Positions 9,566 to 18,470 of a stretch of 64,000 bases of DNA are shown one piece after another. A program made the position numbers and the translations under genes. Below the pieces are notes generated by a model. That model was given only the letters and a program-made list of their open reading frames with translations. It was not told the origin of the DNA and made no database searches. How positions within the stretch are numbered: position 1 is the first letter of the stretch; each line of letters opens with the position of its first letter. The DNA is from an uncultured Phycisphaerales bacterium (lineage in GTDB: Bacteria; Planctomycetota; Phycisphaerae; Phycisphaerales; SM1A02): assembly GCA_938084645.1 (NCBI GenBank), contig CALKEP010000005.1, forward strand, positions 1 to 64,000, read 5' to 3'.

Positions 9566-10633
9566 TCAGCGATCGTCGAGGAGTTCCTTGAGTCGTTTCG
9601 ACCAGTCAGGCAGTCTACGGATGACCGCCTGCTCCTTCATGGCGATCCGGGCTTCCTTGGCGGGCATGCCCGCCCAGGTCTCACCATCGGGGATGTCGTT
9701 CATCACGGCGGATCGCCCGGCGATCTGGCAGCCGGCACCGATCCGGATGTGATCGCTCAGGCCGGTGCCGCCGCCGATCAGGGTACCGTCCCCGATCGTC
9801 GTGCTCCCGGCAATTCCGGTCAAACCACTGATCACGACGCACCGACCGATCCTGACGTTGTGCCCGATCTGGCAGAGATTGTCGATCTTGGTGCCGGCGC
9901 CGATGACCGTGGGGCCGAACTTCCCGCGGTCGACGCACGCATTCGCACCGATCTCGACGTCCTCGCCGATCTCGACGTGGCCGACATGGGGGATCTTCCG
10001 GAGCCCGCGGCCGTCCGGGGCCGGTCGGTAGCCGAAGCCGTCGCTGCCGATCACGACGCCGGCGTGCAGGATGGAGCGGGCTCCCACCACGCAGCGTTCC
10101 CGGATCGTCACGTTGGCGTGAAGCCTGACGCCTTCGCCGACGACCGCGTCGGCGTAGATCCGGGTGCCGGACTCGATGCACGCGTCGGAGCCGATTCGGC
10201 ATCGGGGACCGACCACCGCGAAGGGCCCGATCGTCGCGTCTTCGGCGATCGATGCCGTGGGGTCCACCCGGGCGTCGGGATGGACGCCGGCCGGGGGATG
10301 GTCGGCGAGCTCCGCGACCGCCGCCTCGATGAGTTCGAGCACCTGGATCATGGCCTGGTCCGCGTCTTCGACCCGGATCACCGCCCGGTCGGCCTCGTCC
10401 CATTCGCCGAGCTCGAGGTCACGGGTGACCATCGCGACCGAGGCTTCCGAGGTCGACCAGTGTCGCGCGTGGCGGGCGTCGCCGATGAAGGTCAGGTCGC
10501 CCTTCGTCGCGTGCTCGACGGTGTCGATTCCTCGAACCACGGTGTCCTCGGCGCCTTCGACGCTTCCAGCGACGAGTGCCGCGATCTCCGCGGCGGTTCG
10601 AGACGAATGGAGAGCCGGGCCGAGGTCGTTCAC
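9566..10633 (-). CDS. lpxD: UDP-3-O-(3-hydroxyacyl)glucosamine N-acyltransferase
   Basis: Hexapeptide repeats, VIGSDGFGY, KIPHVGHVEIG and TKIDNLCQIGHNV. GTG start overlaps the upstream stop. Confidence 0.95.
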   Translation of the reverse strand: MNDLGPALHSSRTAAEIAALVAGSVEGAEDTVVRGIDTVEHATKGDLTFIGDARHARHWSTSEASVAMVTRDLELGEWDEADRAVIRVEDADQAMIQVLELIEAAVAELADHPPAGVHPDARVDPTASIAEDATIGPFAVVGPRCRIGSDACIESGTRIYADAVVGEGVRLHANVTIRERCVVGARSILHAGVVIGSDGFGYRPAPDGRGLRKIPHVGHVEIGEDVEIGANACVDRGKFGPTVIGAGTKIDNLCQIGHNVRIGRCVVISGLTGIAGSTTIGDGTLIGGGTGLSDHIRIGAGCQIAGRSAVMNDIPDGETWAGMPAKEARIAMKEQAVIRRLPDWSKRLKELLDDR

Positions 10634-11238
10634 CCGCCGTTTCCGGACGCCGCGTTCATGCGGGCGAGGAGGAGGTCGGTGATGTCGAACGCCTCGGACG
10701 AATAGATCATCCGACGGGCGGAGATCTGCTTCTGCATCGCTTCGGCGGTGGACGGTTCGAGCTGCGGAACCGTGTCGTCGATGATGACCATGTCGATGGG
10801 CGGCGTCTGGGCCTTCGCGAAGGCCTCGACCTCGGAGCGGATCCGCTCGTAGACGGTGCGCATCGACTTCGCCCGTTCCGCCTCGACCTTGAGACGGGCG
10901 AACTGCTCGATCGCCTGATATTCGCTGATCGCCGATTCCGCGTCCCGGCTGGTCTTGAGCCAGGCCTCTCCACCCTGCTCGAAGTTCTCGAGCTCCGCCT
11001 GGAGATTCTCGATTCGACCGCGGAGCTGATCGAGCTCCGTGTCGTACCTGACCGCGACGGCGTCGACCCGCTCGCCCTCGGTCTTCTGGACGTCGAGATT
11101 GTTGAAGAGGCGCTCGAGGTCGACCGTGGCCACGATCGGCGGGCTGGTCGGCACGGCGAACATGACCCGGGCCGCTCCGGCGAGCAGGGCGATCGCGGCG
11201 GTGCCGGCGACGAGGATTCTGAGGCGTGATGCGTTCAT
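10630..11238 (-). CDS. OmpH/Skp family periplasmic chaperone
   Basis: Signal peptide, VATVDLERLFN, a coiled-coil body and DITDLLLARMN C-terminus. Lies between bamA and lpxD. Confidence 0.85.
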   Translation of the reverse strand: MNASRLRILVAGTAAIALLAGAARVMFAVPTSPPIVATVDLERLFNNLDVQKTEGERVDAVAVRYDTELDQLRGRIENLQAELENFEQGGEAWLKTSRDAESAISEYQAIEQFARLKVEAERAKSMRTVYERIRSEVEAFAKAQTPPIDMVIIDDTVPQLEPSTAEAMQKQISARRMIYSSEAFDITDLLLARMNAASGNGG

Positions 11239-11263
11239 GGTTCGATGGTCCGGTTGCGGTCGG

Positions 11264-11917
11264 TCAGGGGGCGACGATGGCGTTGTTCATGCGGACGATG
11301 ACCTGGTCCGAGATGTCCGAGGTGTTGGCGGCGAAGAGGATCCGGCGGTTCGTGATCTGCTGCAGGACCTGCGTCTGGAGGGGGACCTGCGTGCCGGACT
11401 GCGTTCGAATCTCGCCCGCGGAGTCGTCGACGAGCACGAGGGAGAAGCCCTCGGCCTCCGCGACGCGTTCGGCTTCGCGTCGGAGATTCCGATAGATGCT
11501 TCGCCACATCAGGGACTGTTCCCGATCGACTTCGATCGCCTTCATGTTCGCCCACTGCTCGAGGCGAAGCTGCATCAAGGCGACCTCGTCCCGGATGGCC
11601 TGTCGCTCCTCCGGCGACGACGCGGACTCGCTCTCTTCGAGCCGCCGCTCCATCGCCTTCTGGCGACCGATGCCCTCCTGCTGGATCGAGCCCTTGAGCG
11701 CCTCGATCTTGATCTCCCACTCGGACTTCTCGTCGATCTGCTCGAGCACCCGGGCGACGTTGACCACCGCGACCGGCGTCGGATCCGCCTTCACCACCAC
11801 CGGGCGGGAGGCGTTCACGGACATCGTGTGGAGCATGACGACCAGACTCGCCACGAGGGCGGTGGGGCCGAAGAGGCGAGCGAGACGATTCGTTGACGTG
11901 AGTCGGTCCACGGGCAT
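11264..11917 (-). CDS. OmpH/Skp family periplasmic chaperone (second paralog)
   Basis: Hydrophobic N-terminal segment, VAVVNVARVL, coiled coil, AEAEGFSLVL and DISDQVIVRMN. Start re-chosen at ATG 11917. Confidence 0.85.
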   Translation of the reverse strand: MPVDRLTSTNRLARLFGPTALVASLVVMLHTMSVNASRPVVVKADPTPVAVVNVARVLEQIDEKSEWEIKIEALKGSIQQEGIGRQKAMERRLEESESASSPEERQAIRDEVALMQLRLEQWANMKAIEVDREQSLMWRSIYRNLRREAERVAEAEGFSLVLVDDSAGEIRTQSGTQVPLQTQVLQQITNRRILFAANTSDISDQVIVRMNNAIVAP

Positions 11918-12015
11918 GCGACGGAACTCCGAGGGAGAGGAATGGACGAACGATCGACGAGGATTGTACGTATCCGCGCCGATCCGGGGGTGGGAGGGCG
12001 GTGCGTGGAGGCGAT

Positions 12016-14535
12016 TCAGAAGGGAAGGGCGGCGCTGAAACTGAACACCTGACGCTCGTCGTCCGGCTGCTTGACCAGCGGGAATCCGAAGTCGAAGGCC
12101 AGCGGGGCGGGTCCGAGGATCGGCAGGTAGAGCCGGACCCCCAGGCCGACGGAGACCCGGTAGTCCTCGAATCCCGGCGTATCGCTGACCGTGCCGGAGT
12201 CGACGAACACCACACCGGCGAAGCTCTCTCCGACGATCGGCACCTCGTACTGGGCGCCGGCGAAGAAGAGCCAGTTGCCGCCGATCGGCTCGAAGTCGCC
12301 CGAGCCATTCGGCTCGCCGATGGTCCGGTCGGACTTGGGGCTGATGGTCCGAAACTCGAAGCCGCGGAAGGTCTGGCCGCCGAGGTAGTACCGCTGGAAC
12401 GTGGGGGCATTGCCCTGGAAGATCCACGACACGTCGGTCTGCAGGCTCAGCACGTGCTTGCGACCCAGGAAGTCCTCGTACAGGGTGAGGAAGCTCGCGA
12501 GTTCCGCATTCACCGCCCAGTAATCGACGGTCTCCGGCTCGGAGAAACCAGGGGTCGCCTGTCGATCGATGCTCAACGGAATCGCCTTGGTGACGCCGAG
12601 CTGGAGGGCGGATCCCTTGCCCGGACGGAAGGGATCGTCGACGGTGGTTCTGCGGAGCGTGCCTCCGAGCGTCACGAAGCGATCGGGGCCCCGGTCGTCG
12701 TAGACGGCGAGCGGCGTCGTCGGATCGAAGTCGGTCAGTTCCACCTGCTGGATCGAGGCCGCGAGGTTGCCCACCCAGACGTCGCCCAGACGCTGGCCGA
12801 GGTTGCCCGCGACCACGAACCGGTTCTCGGAGTACTCGCTGAAGATGCGATTGCGGTACGAGCCGGAGAACTGGGCGGAGACGTTCGATTCGAAGATGTG
12901 CGGTTCGGTGAGGGAGATCGAGAACTGGCTGACCTCGGTGCCGGGGGCGACGGTGATGTCGAACGACTGGCCGGCGCCGCGGAACGCCCGCCCGCTGATC
13001 AGTTCCTCGGCGGTGAGCGGCCAGTCGGCGATGTCGAAGTTGGTCTGCCGGAAACTGAATTCTCCGAAGATTCCGCTGTCGGATCCCAGTCCCGCGCCGA
13101 AGTTGAAGGAGCCGGTGTTCCGCTCCTTGACCTCGATGATGATGTCGCGCACCCGGGGGGCGTCGGGGGTGGGCTGCTGGATCGAGATCCGGGCCTCGTT
13201 GAACAACTGCGTTCGTTCGATGGCGATCCGGGCTTCTTCGGTGAGGGTCCCGTCGAGGGGCCGTCCCGGTCGGACCTTGACGAGGCGGCGGATGACCTTG
13301 TCCTTGGTGAGGAAGTTGCCCTGGATCATGATCAGGCCGGCCGTCGAGGCGCGACCCTCGACGATCTGGATGATCATGTCCACCTCGGCCTGTTCGCCCA
13401 CGCGGAGGCTCCTGGCCGTGACGCGTGCGTCCACGAATCCCATCTGGAGGTACGCGTCCCGGATGTCGTCGATCGTCGCATCGACCTTGGGACGTTCGTA
13501 CGGATCGCCCGGACGCAATCTCGCGAGGGCGAGCAGCTGTTCGTTGGAGAAGACGTCGAGCGGGGAGTCGACGCCGCCGCTCGCCGCGATCTCGATCTCG
13601 CGGAGCCGGTACTGCCGCCCCTCGTCGATCACGAAGACGACCTTGGCTTCCTTCGAGTCGGGACCGAGCATCACGCGGCTGTCGATGCGGACGTCGATCC
13701 AGCCGCGATCCTTGTAGAAGCGGTCCAGCGTCGCGACGTCGTCGATCAGGCGGTTCGGATCGAGTTCGCCCTTCCGGAAGAAGAGGATGGCCGGCTTGGT
13801 CTGGATCCGCGACCCGAGGATGTTCGCGGGATAGTTGCGGTTGCCGACGAACTCGATCTCCTTGATCCGGACCCGGGGGCCTTCGACGATGATGAAGATC
13901 AGGATCCCGTCCTCGGTGAGTCTCGAGTCGTCGACCGAGACCTCCGCGAGATAGTGCCCTTTCGTCCGGTAGAGATCCTTGATGCGAATCAGCGACTGCT
14001 CCACGAGGAAGTCATCGCGCGGGCCACCGGCGTAGAGGGGGATCTGGGCTCGGAGTTCCTGGTCGGAGACGAGGGTGTTCCCCACCGTCTGGACGTCGCG
14101 GATGATCGCCTGCTCGGTCACCCGATAGACGACCTTGACGCTTCCGTCGGGAAGCAGCACCGCATCCGCGGTCACGGTCTGGAACTGGCCGAGTCGATAG
14201 AGGGTCGCGACGTCGTCCTTGAGCGAGTCGGCATCGAAGGGCTGGCCAGACGCGGTCCGGATGTTGTTCTGCACGAGCCGCATTTCGACTCGCTCCAGGC
14301 CCTTGAATTCCACCTCCGCGATCGGGCGATCGGCGAACGTCTCATCGTCGATGTCCTGGGCGAGGGCGGTCGGGTCGGCCCCGACGAGCGTGAGCAGGAG
14401 CAGGATCAGGGAAAGAAACCGGGTCAGGCCCTCGACCGGGGCGTGGACGACGGCGTCGGCCGGCCGACACGAACGGATGGACGGCCGTGAGCGCGGGGGC
14501 GTGCCTGGATGGAATGTCGAGGGGCCCGTCTGCAT
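12016..14535 (-). CDS. bamA: Outer membrane protein assembly factor BamA
   Basis: Signal peptide, five POTRA-like repeats ending in xxVxE(G), ERNTGSFNFGAG barrel start, YLGGQTFRGF motif, GPAPLAFDFGFPL and terminal Phe. The true start may be somewhat downstream. Confidence 0.95.
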   Translation of the reverse strand: MQTGPSTFHPGTPPRSRPSIRSCRPADAVVHAPVEGLTRFLSLILLLLTLVGADPTALAQDIDDETFADRPIAEVEFKGLERVEMRLVQNNIRTASGQPFDADSLKDDVATLYRLGQFQTVTADAVLLPDGSVKVVYRVTEQAIIRDVQTVGNTLVSDQELRAQIPLYAGGPRDDFLVEQSLIRIKDLYRTKGHYLAEVSVDDSRLTEDGILIFIIVEGPRVRIKEIEFVGNRNYPANILGSRIQTKPAILFFRKGELDPNRLIDDVATLDRFYKDRGWIDVRIDSRVMLGPDSKEAKVVFVIDEGRQYRLREIEIAASGGVDSPLDVFSNEQLLALARLRPGDPYERPKVDATIDDIRDAYLQMGFVDARVTARSLRVGEQAEVDMIIQIVEGRASTAGLIMIQGNFLTKDKVIRRLVKVRPGRPLDGTLTEEARIAIERTQLFNEARISIQQPTPDAPRVRDIIIEVKERNTGSFNFGAGLGSDSGIFGEFSFRQTNFDIADWPLTAEELISGRAFRGAGQSFDITVAPGTEVSQFSISLTEPHIFESNVSAQFSGSYRNRIFSEYSENRFVVAGNLGQRLGDVWVGNLAASIQQVELTDFDPTTPLAVYDDRGPDRFVTLGGTLRRTTVDDPFRPGKGSALQLGVTKAIPLSIDRQATPGFSEPETVDYWAVNAELASFLTLYEDFLGRKHVLSLQTDVSWIFQGNAPTFQRYYLGGQTFRGFEFRTISPKSDRTIGEPNGSGDFEPIGGNWLFFAGAQYEVPIVGESFAGVVFVDSGTVSDTPGFEDYRVSVGLGVRLYLPILGPAPLAFDFGFPLVKQPDDERQVFSFSAALPF

Positions 14536-14569
14536 GAACCTTGCAGAATACCCCGGCGGCCATGAGAAC

Positions 14570-14607
14570 GCCCCGTCGAGCCGCCACAGGCGGCGGTTCG
14601 GCGGGGC
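14570..14607. other. 16-bp GC-rich hairpin between the small ORF and bamA
   Basis: GCCCCGTCGAGCCGCC / GGCGGTTCGGCGGGGC with two G-T wobbles as read on the + strand and a 6-nt loop. Could be a terminator or attenuator. Confidence 0.45.
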
Positions 14608-14669
14608 GATCGATCACCGGCCCGTCCGCCCTCGGGCGATCACGGACACGCGGTGGTTCGAGTGGTGGC

Positions 14670-14780
14670 TCAGATCAGGATCGAGAGCAGGAGTCCGATG
14701 CCGGTGGCGGCCATCGCCAGTCGGAAGAAGACGTCGCGTTCGACGCTCTGATTGGTTCGGGTGGTGGGCTTGGCGGGCAT
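14670..14780 (-). CDS. Putative 36-aa single-pass membrane microprotein
   Basis: GAGGAGG-AAGCAAG-ATG on the minus strand encodes MPAKPTTRTNQSVERDVFFRLAMAATGIGLLLSILI*. Codons are GC3-rich. The ORF is below the ORF-track size cutoff. Confidence 0.6.
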   Translation of the reverse strand: MPAKPTTRTNQSVERDVFFRLAMAATGIGLLLSILI

Positions 14781-14980
14781 CTTGCTTCCTCCTCGGGTTC
14801 CTGGACGCGCATCACGGGATGCGACGAAGGGAGACTCGAATTGGGAAGCACCGATGCAAGCGGTGATTCGGCGATCGGCCGATTCTCCGCCGGCACGACC
14901 CGCACGATCCGCAGAAACCGACGCCGTCCCGCGAACGTCGGCGGGTGGCGGGGGACGAGTCCCACCGCTACCGTGCGGAG

Positions 14981-16114
14981 ATGGCCTCGAACACCACCGC
15001 GACGCGTTCCCCGCTCCACGACTTCCACCTCCAGCATGGGGCGAAGATGGTCGACTACGCCGGTTGGGAGCTTCCGCTCCACTACGGCTCGATCGGAGAC
15101 GAACACGTCTGGACGCGTACCAGCGGCGGGCTCTTCGACGTCTCCCACATGGGTCGACTCCGCATCTCCGGGCGGCACGCGCGTCGTTTTCTCGACCGCG
15201 TCTGCACCCGACTGGTTCGAGGCATGGCGGCGGGGCAGTGCCGGTACGGGTTGATCTGCAACGAGACGGGCGGATGCCTCGACGACGTGCTCGTCTACTG
15301 CTTCGCCGACGACGACTACATGGTCGTGTGCAACGGCGCGAATCGGGCGAAGATCGTCGCCCATTTCGAGCGTGTGAAGGCGGAGGAGGATCACGCGTTC
15401 AAGATGGTGGATCAGACCGAATCGACCTGCATGTGCGCGATCCAGGGCCCGAAGGTGATGGAACTCCTCGGTGCGGTCTCGACCGAGGTTCCCACGCTGA
15501 AGCGATATCGCTTCACCGTGAAGAACGTCCTCGTGATGAAGATCATCGTGAGTCGAACCGGATACACGGGTGAGGACGGCGTGGAGGTCATCCTGGGCGC
15601 CAAGTTCGCGAAACAGGCGTTGGGCATGCTGCTCAAGGACGTGGGGTCCGAAGACGCCGCGGTGCGGCCGATCGGACTCGGGGCTCGTGACAGCCTTCGG
15701 ATGGAGGCCGGCATGCCGTTGTACGGACACGAACTCGACGAGCAGACGGATCCGCTGTCCGCAGGGCTCGGTTTCGCGGTGAAGCTCGACAAGGGCGAGT
15801 CCGATGCCCAGGAGGGACGGTTCATCGGGCAGGACGCGCTCCAGAAGATCGCCGAGGCGGGACCGACCCGGAAGCTCGTGGGCCTCGCCCTCGAAGGTCG
15901 ACGAAGTCCACGGCAGGGGATGGCCGTCCTCGATGGTGATCGGCCCGTGGGCATCGTCACCAGCGGCTGCCCGAGTCCGACGCTGGGCCACCCGATCGCG
16001 ATGGCCTACGTTCCGCCCGAGATGGCGAAGTCCGGGGAGACCGTCCGGATCGATCTCGGAGGCGGTACCGATGCGAAGATCGTGGATCTGCCCTTCTACA
16101 AGCGACCCTCCTGA
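14981..16114 (+). CDS. gcvT: Glycine cleavage system aminomethyltransferase T
   Basis: GAKMVDYAGWELPLHY, GLFDVSHMG, SRTGYTGEDGVE, GLGARDSLRMEAGMPLYGHEL and LPFY motifs. Confidence 0.96.
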   Translation: MASNTTATRSPLHDFHLQHGAKMVDYAGWELPLHYGSIGDEHVWTRTSGGLFDVSHMGRLRISGRHARRFLDRVCTRLVRGMAAGQCRYGLICNETGGCLDDVLVYCFADDDYMVVCNGANRAKIVAHFERVKAEEDHAFKMVDQTESTCMCAIQGPKVMELLGAVSTEVPTLKRYRFTVKNVLVMKIIVSRTGYTGEDGVEVILGAKFAKQALGMLLKDVGSEDAAVRPIGLGARDSLRMEAGMPLYGHELDEQTDPLSAGLGFAVKLDKGESDAQEGRFIGQDALQKIAEAGPTRKLVGLALEGRRSPRQGMAVLDGDRPVGIVTSGCPSPTLGHPIAMAYVPPEMAKSGETVRIDLGGGTDAKIVDLPFYKRPS

Positions 16115-16161
16115 TCCTGCACCACCGGGATCGGCATGCGACGGCATGCGACGAAACACGA

Positions 16162-16191
16162 CGCGGGCCCGATCCTTCGATCGGGCCCGCG
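16162..16191. terminator. Probable intrinsic terminator between convergent gcvT and the sigma factor
   Basis: Perfect 13-bp stem CGCGGGCCCGATC-CTTC-GATCGGGCCCGCG. On the minus strand it is followed by TCGTGTTT. Confidence 0.7.
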
Positions 16192-16251
16192 GTCATGAAT
16201 TCGGGTGGGTGTGCAGTGCGCTGATCATGGGCCCGCAGGCCTCGGCTGGAC

Positions 16252-17172
16252 TCAGTTGTTGACCCCCGTCCGCGAGCGGCGGTGGGGCTGGTGCTGGTCA
16301 TCGACCCCGATCGTGTCCGCGATCGTGCGGAGGAATCGGCCCGGCCGGTCGTCCATCAGCTGCGACTGGAGACGTCGGAGGGCTTCCATCTCGATCTGGC
16401 GTACGCGTTCCCGGGTGAGTCCGACCTCGCGACCGATCTCCTTGAGCGTGAGCGGCGGCTGACCTTCCAGGCCGAAGCGAAGCCGGATGACCCGGGCATC
16501 CCGTTCGTCGATCGACTCGAGCAGCTTCAGGACCATCGCGAACTCCTCGCGATGCTCGCTCTCCGCCTCGGGTTCGGCGTTCCGGGAATCCGGGCACATC
16601 TCCGCGAAGTCGGCGGCTTCGCCGTTGATTCCCGTGGGTGCCTGGTTGCCGGTCGAGACCGCCTTCATCGCTCGGCGGATCGCTTCGATCTTTCGATCCG
16701 GAATCTGGAGCGCGGCACCCATCTCGGCGTTGCTCGGCTGTCGGCCGAGCTCTTCCTCGAGTCGGGCCGCGGTCTGCCGCCACTTGCCGATCAGGTCGAC
16801 CATGTAGGCCGGGATGTGGATCGGCTGGGTCGCATTGACCAGCATCCGCTTGATCGACTGCTTGATCCACCACGAGGCGTAGGTGCTGAACCTCGCGCCC
16901 TGCGCCGGATCGAAGCCTTCGACCGCACGAATGAGGCCGATGTTCCCCTCCTCGATCAGATCGAGGAGTGGAAGCCCGCGATTCGAGTAGTTCTTGCTGA
17001 TCGCGATCACCAGGCGAAGGTTCGCCTTGATCATCCGATCCTTGGCTTCCGGACAGCTGTCGTTGACGATCAACCAGCCGAGATCCTTCTCTTCCTGTGC
17101 GGAGAGCAGGTCGATGCCGTTGATTTCGCGCAGATACAACTGGAGCTCAGTATGAACAGCGTTTCGAGCCAT
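16252..17172 (-). CDS. RNA polymerase sigma-70 factor, RpoD/RpoS-like, lacking region 1.1
   Basis: Region 1.2 LQLYLREI, region 2 [31 protein letters not shown], region 4 [20 protein letters not shown]. 306 aa from ATG 17172. Confidence 0.92.
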   Translation of the reverse strand: MARNAVHTELQLYLREINGIDLLSAQEEKDLGWLIVNDSCPEAKDRMIKANLRLVIAISKNYSNRGLPLLDLIEEGNIGLIRAVEGFDPAQGARFSTYASWWIKQSIKRMLVNATQPIHIPAYMVDLIGKWRQTAARLEEELGRQPSNAEMGAALQIPDRKIEAIRRAMKAVSTGNQAPTGINGEAADFAEMCPDSRNAEPEAESEHREEFAMVLKLLESIDERDARVIRLRFGLEGQPPLTLKEIGREVGLTRERVRQIEMEALRRLQSQLMDDRPGRFLRTIADTIGVDDQHQPHRRSRTGVNN

Positions 17173-17565
17173 GATCCCTTTACCTCTTCTTCTTCCGAGC
17201 TCACTCCGGGCTCGGAACCTCCTTGCGAATCCCGAGGGGGAGCACCCAGGGGATCGGCCAGCCCTCCCAGACCAGCCACTTCGATTGTATGAAGCGCGGT
17301 CGTCGAAACAAGGGTCGACTTCACAGGTTGGTTCCGAACTGGTGGTGATCTCCTCCCGAGGCCCCGTCGGATGGTCCGACGAATGCCATTTCTTCTCCCT
17401 GAATGGGGTTTCGGTTCGATCGATCACGGATCTTCACGGGAGCAAAATTTTTCGCGACGGATCGGCCCGGTCCGGACGGGAGCATCCGGAAGACTCGGCG
17501 CGGGGGGGATGATCGGTACGATCCACAGGGTCGATCCACCCATCCGCAACCCCGTTGGAGGCACC

Positions 17566-18261
17566 TTGAAGCACGATTTGACCGGACTCATGCGAGATTG
17601 GCCCTTCGAGGGCAATCGCCTCCAGGCCAGAATCGTCCCTCTGACGGAGGATCGGGCGGTCCTTCAGGTACGGGTCGAACTGGGCATTCTCCAGATGGAG
17701 ATGGACGGTCGTCCCGACGGCGATGAGGATCGGCTCGCGTCGGTGGAGTCACGGGTCGCCGAGGATCCGGGATTCGAGATCGACGAGACGCTCGCGGGTG
17801 AGCTGAGAAGCGAAGCCGTGCAGGTCCATCAGCGATACGTCGCCTTCTCGACGCTCGAAGCGTACGAATTGGTGGTGCGGGACACGAGTCGGAACCTGAG
17901 GGTCTTCGACCTGTGCCGCGATCGAGCGAGCCGGGAGGAGGATCGAATCGTGCTCGAGCAGTTCAGGCCGCAGGTGATCGCGACCAGGGCCCGGGCGGCG
18001 TCACTCGTGGCGATCCGGGACCAGGCGTCGAGCGAGGCGCGGAACATCCTCGACGCGGCGATCATCGACATTCGTCGCGGGCTGCCCGAAGGCGCGAAGG
18101 CGCCGCCGGAGATCGCGATGCTCGAAGGAATGCGGGACGTGCTTCAACCCCAGCTGCCCTCGAGTCAGCGAAACGATCTCGAACAGCGACTGCTTGCGGC
18201 GATCCAATCCGAGAACTACGAACTCGCCGCGATCCTTCGGGACGAACTTCGACAGATGTGA
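17566..18261 (+). CDS. UvrB/UvrC-motif (UVR) containing protein
   Basis: LQVRVELGILQMEMDGRPDG N-terminal motif and C-terminal LEQRLLAAIQSENYELAAILRDEL UVR hairpin. GGAGG precedes TTG 17566. Confidence 0.85.
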   Translation: MKHDLTGLMRDWPFEGNRLQARIVPLTEDRAVLQVRVELGILQMEMDGRPDGDEDRLASVESRVAEDPGFEIDETLAGELRSEAVQVHQRYVAFSTLEAYELVVRDTSRNLRVFDLCRDRASREEDRIVLEQFRPQVIATRARAASLVAIRDQASSEARNILDAAIIDIRRGLPEGAKAPPEIAMLEGMRDVLQPQLPSSQRNDLEQRLLAAIQSENYELAAILRDELRQM

Positions 18262-18309
18262 GACGTGCGGGCATCCACCGATGCATCGCGGGTCGACGCG
18301 AGCGGCCTC

Positions 18310-18470
18310 GGTCCTGTTTGACGGATCGGCGTTCGACCCGAGAGGTTCGGAGGCGGCCTCCAGCGAGGAGGTCGAAGCAGGCGATTCCCCGGAGAATCGT
18401 CGATGCAGCCCGACGACGCGGGTGGTCGTCTCCGGGCCTCGAAGTCCCGATCGATCCGTCAAACAGGACC
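18310..18470. mobile_element. MITE-like palindromic element with 19-bp terminal inverted repeats
   Basis: GGTCCTGTTTGACGGATCG (18310-18328) and its exact reverse complement CGATCCGTCAAACAGGACC (18452-18470). Internal hairpin at 18380-18401. No transposase. Confidence 0.6.

Noticed and set aside
12001..14490. Long antisense ORFs here and at 29649-32306, 32237-35902, 37732-39744, 41137-44034 and 57230-60832
   Set aside because: They lie opposite well-supported genes, carry no motifs and are typical stop-poor shadows in high-GC DNA.
14790..14980. Possible glycine riboswitch upstream of gcvT (GAAGGGAGAC-like words)
   Set aside because: There is no recognisable GGAGA...CCGAAG...CTCTCAGG aptamer arrangement, and the promoter-like hexamer sits right before the ATG.
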